Under the pieces are notes generated by a model, which did not search any database, was not told where the DNA came from, and was given only the letters and a program-made list of their open reading frames with translations. A stretch of 64,000 bases of DNA from an uncultured Spirochaetota bacterium (lineage in GTDB: Bacteria > Spirochaetota > Spirochaetia > SZUA-6 > CAVTHK01), in assembly GCA_963734495.1 (NCBI GenBank), contig CAVTHK010000003.1, forward strand, positions 32,001-96,000, written 5' to 3'. Made by a program: the position numbers and the translations under genes. This document shows positions 1 through 8,444 of the stretch, piece by piece (positions within the stretch are counted from its first letter, which is position 1; the number at the start of each line of letters is the position of its first letter).

Positions 1-1762
1 GCGGACAAGATTTGAGAGATTTGTAAAGGATCATGGATTCTACGGATTCTCAGGTGATCACATTTATTTCAGAGTTGACAGTTCTATAGGTCACAGGCAG
101 GTTGATATAACATACGGGATAAGAAAATTCACAAAAATTGATGAATCAAGCAAGGTCAGCCTTATCCAGCACCCAATTTACAAGGTGAAGAATATTTATA
201 TATATCCCGATTTTATCCCCAAGAACGCTCTTGAAGGAGGTGATTCTTATCTGAAAAGCCTCGATACTACCTTCTACAAAGGTTATTATTTTGTGAGCTC
301 CGGGAAAAAAGAGAGGGTTAAATATGACCTGATACTTCAATCCATGTATCTGAAGCCCGGAGCCACCTATAATTTTACAAATACAGAACAATCACAATCC
401 CACCTTCTTACATTAAAAGTTTACAGGCTTGTAAATATTTATTATAATGAATCATCTCCACCCGGGCCACCACAGGACATTCCGCTCGATCTTAACTGCA
501 ATGTTCAGCTGACCCCGCTGAGCCAGCAGTCATACAAGATTGAACTGGAAGGAACAAATTCTGCCGGCAACATAGGAGGTGCGGTAAACCTGATTTATCA
601 GCATAAGAATCTGTTTCATGGCGCCCAGCTTTTCAGCATGAAGCTTAAAGGCGCACTCGAAGCCCTGGCACAACAAAACACCGAGCTGAAAAAATCAAAA
701 GAATTCGGACTTGAGACAAGTCTCAGGTTTCCTGAATTTCTGCTCCCTTTTATTGAGAAGGAAAAGTTCATTAAAAAGTATAATCCCTCAACAATCATTC
801 TTGCTGCCTATAACTATCAGGATCTTCCCTTCTACACAAGGCTTATGTCTAACGCTACATTTGGGTACGACTGGAAAGCGGGTCCCTATCAGGAACATAT
901 AGTCAGTCCTCTTCAGTTCAACATTGTCAAGATGCTGTCAATTGATCCGGCGTACGAGGCTCAGATTGAATCATCTTCATACCTTGCATATAGCTATAAG
1001 GATGTGATGATACTCGGCGGCAAGTATTCATATATCTATAATAACCAAAAGATAAACAAATCGAAGGATTACTGGTTTCTCAGGGTGAATGCCGAATCAT
1101 CGGGTAATTTGCTTGGATTGGTAAAGAGAGTATCAGGAGCGGCAAAGAATGAGGATGGTACTTATGATTTTCTCAAACAGCCATTTGCTCAGTACATACG
1201 AACGGATCTTGATCTAAGGTACAATTACAAATTCAATTCTGCTGCATCAGCAGTATACAGAGGCTTTTTCGGAATAGGCATTCCATATGGCAATTCAAAG
1301 GCACTACCCTTTGAAAAACAATATTTCAGCGGAGGTTCAAATGGAATACGGGCATGGCAGGTTAGAACCCTGGGTCCGGGATCATTTCTCCAGAGTGATA
1401 CTGTCACGTTCATCAACCAGACAGCTGATATCAAACTGGAGGCCAACGCGGAGTACAGGTTCAAACTTTTCTGGATCCTTGAAGGAGCAGTCTTCGTCGA
1501 TGCTGGCAATATCTGGACCTATAAGGATGATCCCTCAAGACCTGGTGCACAGTTTAAATTAAACAAGTTCTATAAGGATATAGCTGTCGGAACAGGGGCA
1601 GGTCTGCGGTTTGACTTCAATTTTGTGCTGGGAAGAGTTGATCTCGGCATGAAGCTGCGCGATCCGTCTATTCAGAGCGGCTCCAGGTGGATTCCTGTTA
1701 ACGGGGATATTAGCTTCAGAAGAGACTTTGCCATCGTAATAGGAATAGGTTATCCATTCTGA
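1..1762 (+). CDS. BamA/TamA (Omp85) family outer-membrane protein, 5' partial
   Basis: ORF 185-1762 has Omp85 beta-barrel motifs (YFSGGSNGIRAW, VFVDAGNIW, GAGLRFDF) and ends IGIGYPF; upstream sequence looks coding to the window edge. Confidence 0.88.
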   Translation, partial: RTRFERFVKDHGFYGFSGDHIYFRVDSSIGHRQVDITYGIRKFTKIDESSKVSLIQHPIYKVKNIYIYPDFIPKNALEGGDSYLKSLDTTFYKGYYFVSSGKKERVKYDLILQSMYLKPGATYNFTNTEQSQSHLLTLKVYRLVNIYYNESSPPGPPQDIPLDLNCNVQLTPLSQQSYKIELEGTNSAGNIGGAVNLIYQHKNLFHGAQLFSMKLKGALEALAQQNTELKKSKEFGLETSLRFPEFLLPFIEKEKFIKKYNPSTIILAAYNYQDLPFYTRLMSNATFGYDWKAGPYQEHIVSPLQFNIVKMLSIDPAYEAQIESSSYLAYSYKDVMILGGKYSYIYNNQKINKSKDYWFLRVNAESSGNLLGLVKRVSGAAKNEDGTYDFLKQPFAQYIRTDLDLRYNYKFNSAASAVYRGFFGIGIPYGNSKALPFEKQYFSGGSNGIRAWQVRTLGPGSFLQSDTVTFINQTADIKLEANAEYRFKLFWILEGAVFVDAGNIWTYKDDPSRPGAQFKLNKFYKDIAVGTGAGLRFDFNFVLGRVDLGMKLRDPSIQSGSRWIPVNGDISFRRDFAIVIGIGYPF

Positions 1763-1827
1763 TCTGATACTTCCTGATCAAAATATTTTTTATTCCATGC
1801 AGCTTTTTGTCCCTGTAATTTTTTAAA

Positions 1828-2620
1828 TTGCAGTCAGTCGGACTGCATTCTGTGAGAAAACTATTGAACATTCAGCCGGTCAATGACTGGTTTGGGTACA
1901 CGCGTCGTGAGAGGAGATCAACTTTTATTCTGCTGATCATAATCCTTTTAGTAATCCTTGTAAGGTATGCGGTTCCTGAAAAAAACATTGATATTGTGAA
2001 TGCAGTTCCCGGCTATTCTGACAGCTTATGGTTTGCAAAAATTGACTGGGAAGAACAGGCTCATGAAAATATGCCCCTGGGTTTTGATCCCGGTACAGCC
2101 TCATATGATACCCTGTTAAAGATTGGGCCCGTTTCAAGGGAAGTCAAAATCCCTGTCAGCTACAGGAGCGGGGGAGGAAAACTCAGTAAGTATGATTCCG
2201 GGACTTCCCGGCAGTTAAAGATCCGGCTCAATATAAACACCTGTGATACCTCAGCGCTGATTGCTCTTCCGGGGATTGGTCCGGTTCTATCAGTCAGGAT
2301 TATAAAGTACAGGAATCTGCTGGGCGGATTTGCAAGGGTGGAACAGCTTATGGAAGTTTACGGTTTGCCGGAAGAGACTTATCAAATGATCAGGGAAAGA
2401 GTATTTGCTGACAGTTCCGAAGTCAGGAAGACCAGGATTAATTCATCTGATTATAAGGGATTAAGCCGCATCCCTTATATTGAAAAATATGAAGTATCGG
2501 CTATTCTCAAGTACAGGGAGTTGGCTGGCAGGATAAGACAGCATGGATGATCTGAAGGAGAATAAGATTCTTACTCCGGAAAAGGGGAAGAAGATCGGGG
2601 CATATATTGATTTTCAATAA
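1828..2620 (+). CDS. ComEA-like helix-hairpin-helix protein (frameshift near 2535)
   Basis: N-terminal TM, INTCDTSALIALPGIGPVLS..IIKYR..LGGF HhH motif; second frame continues DSMDDLKENKILTPEKGKKIGAYIDFQ to TAA 2618-2620; start uncertain. Confidence 0.8.
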
Positions 2621-2673
2621 ACGGAGTCACCCCATGACCCTCTCTGCTGAGGACACGAACTCACCCCCTGCCC
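2620..2673 (+). repeat. Left REP/BoxC-like repeat family A: partial copy plus 5' part of the interrupted copy
   Basis: AACGGAGTCACCCCATGACCCTCTCTGCTGA then CGAACTCACCCCCTGCCC; continues at 4228 after removing the inserted element; inverted counterpart at 4735-4816. Confidence 0.8.
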
Positions 2674-2779
2674 GATAGCCGTCAACCTAAGGTATCTTAA
2701 AAAAGCTTTGTAGGAGGATCAGTAAACGCAAACGGATCTAAAACTGAAGCTTTATTTATAACTCTCCCCTCCTTTTGAA

Positions 2780-3728
2780 AGTAATTTCCTAGTTTATGGC
2801 AAAATGATTATATTATGGGAAAAAAAATGACATGGAACTAATCAAAATTACTGAGAAGCTTAACACTAAAGGAAAGTGTATGGCTTATCTTGAGAAACAA
2901 AGATGGTCTGATTTGCCCATTTGTCCCTATTGTAATTCAACGAGAAGCTCGAGGAAGACACAGGAGTTCAGGCATACTTGCCATAACTGTAAGAGATCTT
3001 ATAGTGTACTGGTAGGAACAATTTTTGAATCTACCAAGCTTCCAATTACAAAATGGTTTTTTGCCATATGTCTTATATTAAATGCAAAAAAAGGAATATC
3101 ATCTCTTCAACTAGCTAGAGATTTGGATGTTAATAAAAATACTGCCTGGTTTTTGCAGAAGCGAATCCGTAAAGCAATGAAGGATGACAATTCAATCTTA
3201 AGTGGAATAGTAGAGATTGATGAGACCTATGTTGGCGGAAGTATTTCTAATAAGCACTATTTAACAAAGCTTGAATCTGGCAAATATTATAAGTCTGGAA
3301 TGGAGCATATGGTCCCCGTATTGGGGATGATTCAACGAAAAGGTAAAATAATACTAAAAGTACTAGAGAAGGCATCTGGTAAAGAAATAAAACCTTATAT
3401 AAAATCAAAGATCGCATCAGGCAGCACAATAATCACTGACGGGTTTGGTGGATATTACGGGTTAAATGATCATTTTGAAAATCACATAATATTAAATCAC
3501 AAACAAAGCAAAAGAAGTATTAATCAATATAATACGAGTACTCTTGAAGGATTTTGGACCTTAGTCAAAAGATCGTTATTCGGTCAATATCATAAGATTT
3601 CAAAAGTCCATTTACAAGAATATTTAAATGAGCTGGCATTTAAATACAATTATAGAAAAATAAATATGTTTAAATTATTGCTTAACAATCTATTAGAACC
3701 AAAGTATGCCTTTAGCTAGGAAATTACT
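2780..3728 (+). mobile_element. IS1595-family insertion sequence, 949 bp
   Basis: TIRs AGTAATTTCCTAG (13 bp perfect, 21/26 extended) at 2780 and 3728; 8-bp TSD CTTTTGAA at 2772-2779 and 3729-3736. Confidence 0.95.
2832..3719 (+). CDS. IS1595-family DDE transposase
   Basis: Zn ribbon CPYC..CHNC, HTH, VEIDETYVGG, ITDG, NTSTLEGFW, YLNE..F.YN. Confidence 0.95.
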   Translation: MELIKITEKLNTKGKCMAYLEKQRWSDLPICPYCNSTRSSRKTQEFRHTCHNCKRSYSVLVGTIFESTKLPITKWFFAICLILNAKKGISSLQLARDLDVNKNTAWFLQKRIRKAMKDDNSILSGIVEIDETYVGGSISNKHYLTKLESGKYYKSGMEHMVPVLGMIQRKGKIILKVLEKASGKEIKPYIKSKIASGSTIITDGFGGYYGLNDHFENHIILNHKQSKRSINQYNTSTLEGFWTLVKRSLFGQYHKISKVHLQEYLNELAFKYNYRKINMFKLLLNNLLEPKYAFS

Positions 3729-3806
3729 CTTTTGAAGGAGGGGTGGCCGGAGTACTATGCTATTAAAAGAGTTGCAATGCACTGTACCGGCCGGGGTGGT
3801 TGATTT
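3729..3806 (-). repeat. REP-like repeat family B, left copy (hairpin split by IS1595; other arm 2764-2779)
   Basis: Reconstructed minus strand: AAATCAACCACCCCGGCCGG-N36-CCGGCCACCCCTCCTTCAAAAGGAGGGGAG. Confidence 0.85.
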
Positions 3807-3811
3807 GATAT

Positions 3812-3999
3812 TCATATTGATGCTTTTTTATGCTTTTCATTATTGATAACTTTCCTTATCTCATTTTTTAAGTATTGAGGGTCTTTAAACACAAATCTGT
3901 TTTCAAACCTTAATACTGTGAATCCTAAGTAGACCTGTTCCTGAGAGATGATCTGAAGGATTTAAGGCCTTTTATGTTGAAGAGATTTTTGTCTTTCAT
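3812..3999 (-). pseudogene. Internally deleted DUF559 endonuclease gene
   Basis: Minus strand MKDKNLFNIKGLKSFRSSLRNRST joined out of frame at ~3928 to LGFTVLRFENRFVFKDPQYLKNEIRKVINNEKHKKASI*; these match the N- and C-termini of the intact paralog (LKSIRSLARGLR..., GLHILRIKN); catalytic core missing. Confidence 0.8.
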
Positions 4000-4024
4000 A
4001 GATATGAAGGTAAGAAAAAGAAAT

Positions 4025-4166
4025 AAATCAACCACCCCGGCCGGGAAATAAACTTTGTAAACATAAGATAATCAATTGTCCCGGCGCCTTCCCTGCAGCC
4101 TGGCTCCTCCCTAAAATTGCCCACTGGGCAATTTCTTAACGGTCAGCCCCCTTCAAAAGGAGGGGA
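4025..4166 (+). repeat. REP-like repeat family B, right copy with internal palindromic insert
   Basis: AAATCAACCACCCCGGCCGG (4025-4044) is the perfect inverse of 3787-3806; N36; CCGGC; insert; CCCTTCAAAAGGAGGGGA. Confidence 0.85.
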
Positions 4167-4217
4167 AACTTTTTCTAATCTACCCGTTTTAATAATACCC
4201 TTAAGTTGACGGCTATG

Positions 4218-4253
4218 CCCCCTGCCCCCTCTCTGCTGGCGCAAAGAGGGGGT
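4218..4253 (+). repeat. Left REP/BoxC-like repeat family A, hairpin part
   Basis: CCCCCTCTCTGC-TGGC-GCAAAGAGGGGG hairpin. Confidence 0.85.
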
Positions 4254-4319
4254 AAGAACGCTGTGAAAATAGTTCTGGTTAGCCAAACTGGCTGATGTAA
4301 CAATTATAAATTAACATTG

Positions 4320-4712
4320 ATGTCATTAAGAACCTATAATCGGTTAAAGTCAATAAGGTCCCTTGCGAGAGGATTAAGGAAAGAGGCAACTGAATCTGAA
4401 AAACTTTTATGGAAGAGGCTCAGAAACAGACGACTTGCATGCTATAAATTTCTACGTCAGCACCCTGTGATATATAAATCAGATTACACTGGAATGCAAT
4501 TCTTTATTGCAGATTTTTATTGCCACGCTAAAAGAACAGTAATTGAGATAGATGGTCAGGTTCATCTGGAACAGCAGGAATATGATCAGTTCCGGGACGA
4601 AGTTATGGCCGAAAAGGGACTGCATATTTTAAGAATTAAAAATGAGGGGTTATCAGATATGGAAAAGGTCCTTGAAAAAATCGAATCATTTTTGGATTCC
4701 GTCTCTTCATAA
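4320..4712 (+). CDS. DUF559 / Vsr-like (PD-(D/E)XK-type) endonuclease domain protein
   Basis: ARGLRKEATESEKLLW..LRNRRL..YKF.RQHP..FIADFYC...VIEIDG..H...D..RD...GL.ILR..N pattern. Confidence 0.92.
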   Translation: MSLRTYNRLKSIRSLARGLRKEATESEKLLWKRLRNRRLACYKFLRQHPVIYKSDYTGMQFFIADFYCHAKRTVIEIDGQVHLEQQEYDQFRDEVMAEKGLHILRIKNEGLSDMEKVLEKIESFLDSVSS

Positions 4713-4734
4713 CAATATATTAATCAGCCATGTA

Positions 4735-4816
4735 TCCCCCTCTTTGCGTCAGCAGAGAGGGGGATTAAGGGGGTGAGTTCGTTGGACTTAAAGGGATTAA
4801 GGGGGTGAGTCCGTTG
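4735..4816 (-). repeat. Right REP/BoxC-like repeat family A (full plus partial copy), inverted relative to the left copy
   Basis: Revcomp CGAACTCACCCCCTTAATCCCCCTCTCTGCTGACGCAAAGAGGGGG; second partial GGGATTAAGGGGGTGAGTCCGTT. Confidence 0.85.
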
Positions 4817-4978
4817 ATCCCGAAGCCTTATTTGGCTGATCCGTTAAAAATTGTAAATTATTTGGAAACAGTCTTATTATTTCGTAATTTTAATACACAG
4901 AAAACCAAAAAGGGATAAACAGAATTTAATAATCTATTATAAAAAAGAGCATCATGATTAATTTTAATCCATAAAAGT

Positions 4979-5009
4979 TTTGAAAAGAATTTTTCTATTT
5001 CTAACTTTG
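4979..5009 (+). promoter_or_regulatory. Bacteroidota housekeeping promoter for rpsU
   Basis: TTTG (4979-4982), 19 nt, TAACTTTG (5002-5009), matching the -33/-7 consensus. Confidence 0.75.
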
Positions 5010-5038
5010 CGCCTCGTTTAAAAACAGAATTTTAGATT

Positions 5039-5230
5039 ATGATTATTGTACCATTAAAAGAAGGCGAGAATATTGAACGGGCATTAAAGAAGTTCAAGAG
5101 AAAGTTTGAAAAGACTGGAGTAATTCGTGAACTAAGGTCACGTCAGGCTTTTATTAAGCCTTCAGTACGCCGGAGAGAAGAGATCAAGAAGGCTATGTAC
5201 GTTCAGAAGCTGCAGGAAACCGAAGAGTAA
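5039..5230 (+). CDS. rpsU: 30S ribosomal protein S21
   Basis: MIIVPLKEGENIERALKKFKRK...F.KPSV.RR. Confidence 0.97.
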   Translation: MIIVPLKEGENIERALKKFKRKFEKTGVIRELRSRQAFIKPSVRRREEIKKAMYVQKLQETEE

Positions 5231-5284
5231 TTCGGTTGTCCGTGCTCTCATTTATTATTAACAAACAGATACGGGGGTTCCTTC

Positions 5285-6175
5285 ATGAGTTATAAGGAAT
5301 CGTTCTTACAATATCTGCAAATCGAAAAGCGGTATTCACCTCATACTGTCAGGTCTTATTTGAATGATCTGGATCAGTTTTTTTTGTTTTTAACCTCGCA
5401 GGGACAGCCTGCATGATCCGTTTCTGTGACTTCCCATGATATCAGGGCATGGGTGGTCAGCATGCTCGACGGCAACTATTCTGCGGTAAGCGTTCACAGG
5501 AAGATCTCCTGTCTGAGGGTTTTCTACCGTTATCTGAGAAAAGAGGGTGTCATGAAGAGTGATCCGCTTGAAAAGGTGTCCCTGCCAAAAAGGAAAAAGA
5601 GTCTTCCGGTGTTTGTTGAGGAGGGTGCTCTCGATGAATTGCTTGACAATTACAGTTTTGGTGATGATTTTGCAGGCATAAGGAACAGGACAATAATTGA
5701 GATGCTTTATCTGACAGGGATGAGGAGGGCAGAGCTGATTGGTCTCAGGAACAGCGGATGTTGACCTGGCTGAAGGTTCCGTAAAGGTGACCGGAAAAAG
5801 GAACAAGCAGCGGATCATACCTGTTGTGAAGCCGTTTATGGAAAGGCTTAAGGAATATATTAGCCCTGAGGGATAAGGAGATACGCATCAGCGTCTGAAG
5901 GCTGGTTTTTTGTCACCGATCGAGGGAACAAGTTGTATGATAAATATGTTTATAATGTAGTTAACAGGTATCTCGCGATGGTAACTACGATAGAGAAAAA
6001 GAGCCCTCATATACTAAGGCACACTTTTGCCACACACATGCTCAACAGGGGCGCTGATCTGAATTCGATAAAGGAGTTGCTGGGTCATGCAAATCTTTCT
6101 GCGACACAGATTTATACTCATAATACATTTGAGAAACTCAAGAAAATATATAAACAGGCTCATCCGAGAGCTTAA
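5285..6175 (+). CDS. xerC: Tyrosine recombinase XerC (several apparent sequencing frameshifts)
   Basis: [78 protein letters not shown]; rpsU-xerC-hpf context. Confidence 0.9.
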
Positions 6176-6204
6176 ATATTAATCAAAAAAGAGGAGGAAC
6201 TACT

Positions 6205-6505
6205 ATGAACATTCAGATTCATTCAGTTAGGTTTGATGCTGACAAGAAGCTAATCGACTTTGTTCATCAGAAACTGGATAAACTTGCCCAGTTTGGTGAG
6301 GATATTGTAAATGCCGAGGTATATCTCAGGCTTGACAAGGATCAGGATCGTGAAAATAAAATCAGCGAAATTAAGGTGGAGATATCGGGTAGTTCCTTAT
6401 TTGCAAAGAAGCAGAGTAAAACGTTTGAAGAGGCGACTGATGAGGCTATTGATGCTCTTAAGACAGCAGATAACCAGGTATAAGCAAAAGAAGAGAGGTA
6501 TCTGA
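6205..6505 (+). CDS. raiA: Ribosome hibernation factor HPF/RaiA (frameshift ~6460)
   Basis: MNIQIHSVRFDADKKL...LFAKKQSKTFEEATD; tail LRQQITRYKQK in the next frame. Confidence 0.9.
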
Positions 6506-6536
6506 AAAATCTCCTTACAAAAATACCTTGATTTAT

Positions 6537-6568
6537 TTTGAATAATAAAATTTAAATTCATACATTTG
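6537..6568 (+). promoter_or_regulatory. Bacteroidota promoter for the tRNA-tuf operon
   Basis: TTTG (6537-6540), 20 nt, TACATTTG (6561-6568). Confidence 0.75.
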
Positions 6569-6619
6569 CAAACCGTTTTTTGAGGGTTTTTTATGCTCTT
6601 CCGGTGCGTTCTTTAAATT

Positions 6620-6693
6620 GCCGATGTAGCTCAGTTGGCCAGAGCAGCTGATTTGTAATCTGCAGGTCGGGGGTTCGAATCCCTTCATCGGCT
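6620..6693 (+). tRNA. tRNA-Thr(TGT)
   Basis: GCCGATG/CATCGGC acceptor stem, TT-TGT-AA loop, GGTTCGAAT; one anticodon-stem mismatch. Confidence 0.92.
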
Positions 6694-6742
6694 CTTGAAA
6701 GACTTGTAAAAGTGTGTCTTAAGAGTACGACTCTGTTTTATT

Positions 6743-6825
6743 GGGGAGATACCAAAGCGGCCAACTGGGGCAGACTGTAAATCTGCTGGCAAATGCCTTC
6801 GTAGGTTCGAATCCTGCTCTCCCCA
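6743..6825 (+). tRNA. tRNA-Tyr(GTA)
   Basis: GGGGAGA/TCTCCCC stem, GCAGA-CTGTAAA-TCTGC, long variable arm. Confidence 0.96.
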
Positions 6826-6894
6826 CATAAAACAGGATTAACCCGGCAGCAAGGCTGGAATAATTGAAGGAGAGGCTCTTTTGGACGATATTAA

Positions 6895-6967
6895 GCGGGA
6901 GTAGCTCAGTTGGTAGAGCATTAGCCTTCCAAGCTAAGGGTCGCGGTTTCGAGTACCGTCTCCCGCT
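6895..6967 (+). tRNA. tRNA-Gly(TCC)
   Basis: GCGGGAG/CTCCCGC stem, TTAGC-CTTCCAA-GCTAA. Confidence 0.94.
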
Positions 6968-6978
6968 CACTTTTTGAG

Positions 6979-7050
6979 GCCAGAGTAGCTCAGGGGTAGA
7001 GCACTTCCTTGGTAAGGAAGGGGTCGGGGGTTCAATTCCCCCCTCCGGCT
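6979..7050 (+). tRNA. tRNA-Thr(GGT)
   Basis: CTTCC-TTGGTAA-GGAAG anticodon arm, GGTTCAATTCC; one acceptor-stem mismatch. Confidence 0.92.
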
Positions 7051-7110
7051 CAACAGGAAAAAATGATTATGATTGATTATAGATAAACTAAATTTAATAC
7101 GCTTGGAGTT

Positions 7111-8298
7111 ATGGCAAAAGAAAAATTTGACAGGTCGAAACCGCATGTAAATATTGGTACAATTGGTCACGTTGACCATGGAAAAACCACTTTGACGGCA
7201 GCGATCACTATGGTCCTTGCCAAAAGAGGCCTCTCTGAGGTCAGGGATTTTGACTCAATTGATAATGCACCTGAAGAAAAGGAAAGGGGTATTACCATTA
7301 ACACTGCTCACGTTGAATATCAGACTGCGACACGTCACTATGCACACGTTGACTGCCCGGGTCACGCTGACTATATCAAGAATATGGTTACAGGTGCTGC
7401 CCAGATGGACGGTGCAATTCTTGTGGTTGCCGCTGATGACGGTCCAATGCCTCAGACACGTGAACATATCCTTCTTGCACACCAGGTTAACGTACCAACA
7501 GTGCTTGTATTCATGAATAAAGTTGATATGGTTGACGATGAAGAGCTTCTTGAGCTTGTTGAGATGGAGGTTCGTGATCTTCTTAATTTCTATAAATTTG
7601 ACGGCGACAATGCTCCTGTTATCCGTGGTTCTGCTCTTGGTGCAATGCACGGTGAAGCAAAATGGGAAGAAAAAGTTATGGAGCTTATGAATGCTGTTGA
7701 TTCATATATTCCTATTCCTCCGCGTGAAAATGAAAAGCCTTTCCTTATGCCGGTTGAAGACGTATTTTCAATCACCGGCCGTGGTACTGTTGCAACAGGA
7801 CGTATCGAAACAGGTGTTGTTCTTACAGGTGATGAACTTGAACTGATCGGACTCGGTGCTACCAAGCGTAAATCAGTATGTACAGGTGTTGAGATGTTCC
7901 GTAAGATCCTTGACAGGGGTGAAGCTGGCGACAACGTTGGTCTGCTTCTCCGCGGTGTTGACAAGAAAGAGATTAAAAGGGGAATGGTACTTGCCAAACC
8001 AGGTTCAATCACACCTCATACAAAAATCAAGGCTGAGGTTTATGTTCTTAAGAAAGAAGAAGGCGGACGCCATACTCCATTCCATAATAAATACCGTCCT
8101 CAGTTCTACGTAAGGACACTTGATATTACTGGTGAGATCACTCTTCCTGAAGGAACAGAAATGGTTATGCCTGGTGATAATGTTACAATTACAGTTGATC
8201 TTATCTATCCGGTTGCTATCAATGTTGGACTTCGTTTTGCTATCCGCGAAGGCGGCAGAACAGTTGGTGCCGGCCAGGTGACTGAAATTCTGGAATAA
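7111..8298 (+). CDS. tuf: Elongation factor Tu
   Basis: [39 protein letters not shown]. Confidence 0.99.
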   Translation: MAKEKFDRSKPHVNIGTIGHVDHGKTTLTAAITMVLAKRGLSEVRDFDSIDNAPEEKERGITINTAHVEYQTATRHYAHVDCPGHADYIKNMVTGAAQMDGAILVVAADDGPMPQTREHILLAHQVNVPTVLVFMNKVDMVDDEELLELVEMEVRDLLNFYKFDGDNAPVIRGSALGAMHGEAKWEEKVMELMNAVDSYIPIPPRENEKPFLMPVEDVFSITGRGTVATGRIETGVVLTGDELELIGLGATKRKSVCTGVEMFRKILDRGEAGDNVGLLLRGVDKKEIKRGMVLAKPGSITPHTKIKAEVYVLKKEEGGRHTPFHNKYRPQFYVRTLDITGEITLPEGTEMVMPGDNVTITVDLIYPVAINVGLRFAIREGGRTVGAGQVTEILE

Positions 8299-8320
8299 TA
8301 GGTTTTGGGGATATACCGCT

Positions 8321-8346
8321 AGCGTCACGGTACCGACCGTGACGCT
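8321..8346. other. 11-bp perfect hairpin between tuf and tRNA-Trp
   Basis: AGCGTCACGGT-ACCG-ACCGTGACGCT; no U-tract. Confidence 0.6.
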
Positions 8347-8355
8347 GCAACATAA

Positions 8356-8428
8356 ACGGGTGTAGCTCAGTTGGTAGAGCACTGGTCTCCAAAACCAGGT
8401 GTCGGGAGTTCGAGTCTCTCCTCCCGTG
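8356..8428 (+). tRNA. tRNA-Trp(CCA)
   Basis: CTGGT-CTCCAAA-ACCAG anticodon arm; canonical tuf-trnW-secE position. Confidence 0.95.
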
Positions 8429-8444
8429 CTAAATTACTAGTAAT

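Larger units (their letters stand above)
2674..4217. mobile_element. Non-autonomous IS4-like element (MITE/cassette) carrying nested cargo
   Basis: TIRs GATAGCCGTCAACCTAAGG (2674-2692) and revcomp of 4199-4217 CATAGCCGTCAACTTAAGG (17/19 identical); 10-bp direct repeat CCCCCTGCCC at 2664-2673 and 4218-4227; no transposase of its own; IS4 assignment from resemblance to the IS4 end TAATGCCGATCAGTTAAG. Confidence 0.8.

Noticed and set aside
3729-4166. CRISPR array
   Set aside because: Only two units, inverted rather than tandem, and no cas genes; kept only as the 36-nt insert observation
5285-6175. Prophage/island integrase next to the tRNA cluster
   Set aside because: Housekeeping XerC in rpsU-xerC-hpf context; no att duplication of tRNA ends seen
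6620-7050. tRNA-Thr pseudogenes because of single stem mismatches
   Set aside because: Single uncompensated mismatches in error-prone sequence at the canonical operon position
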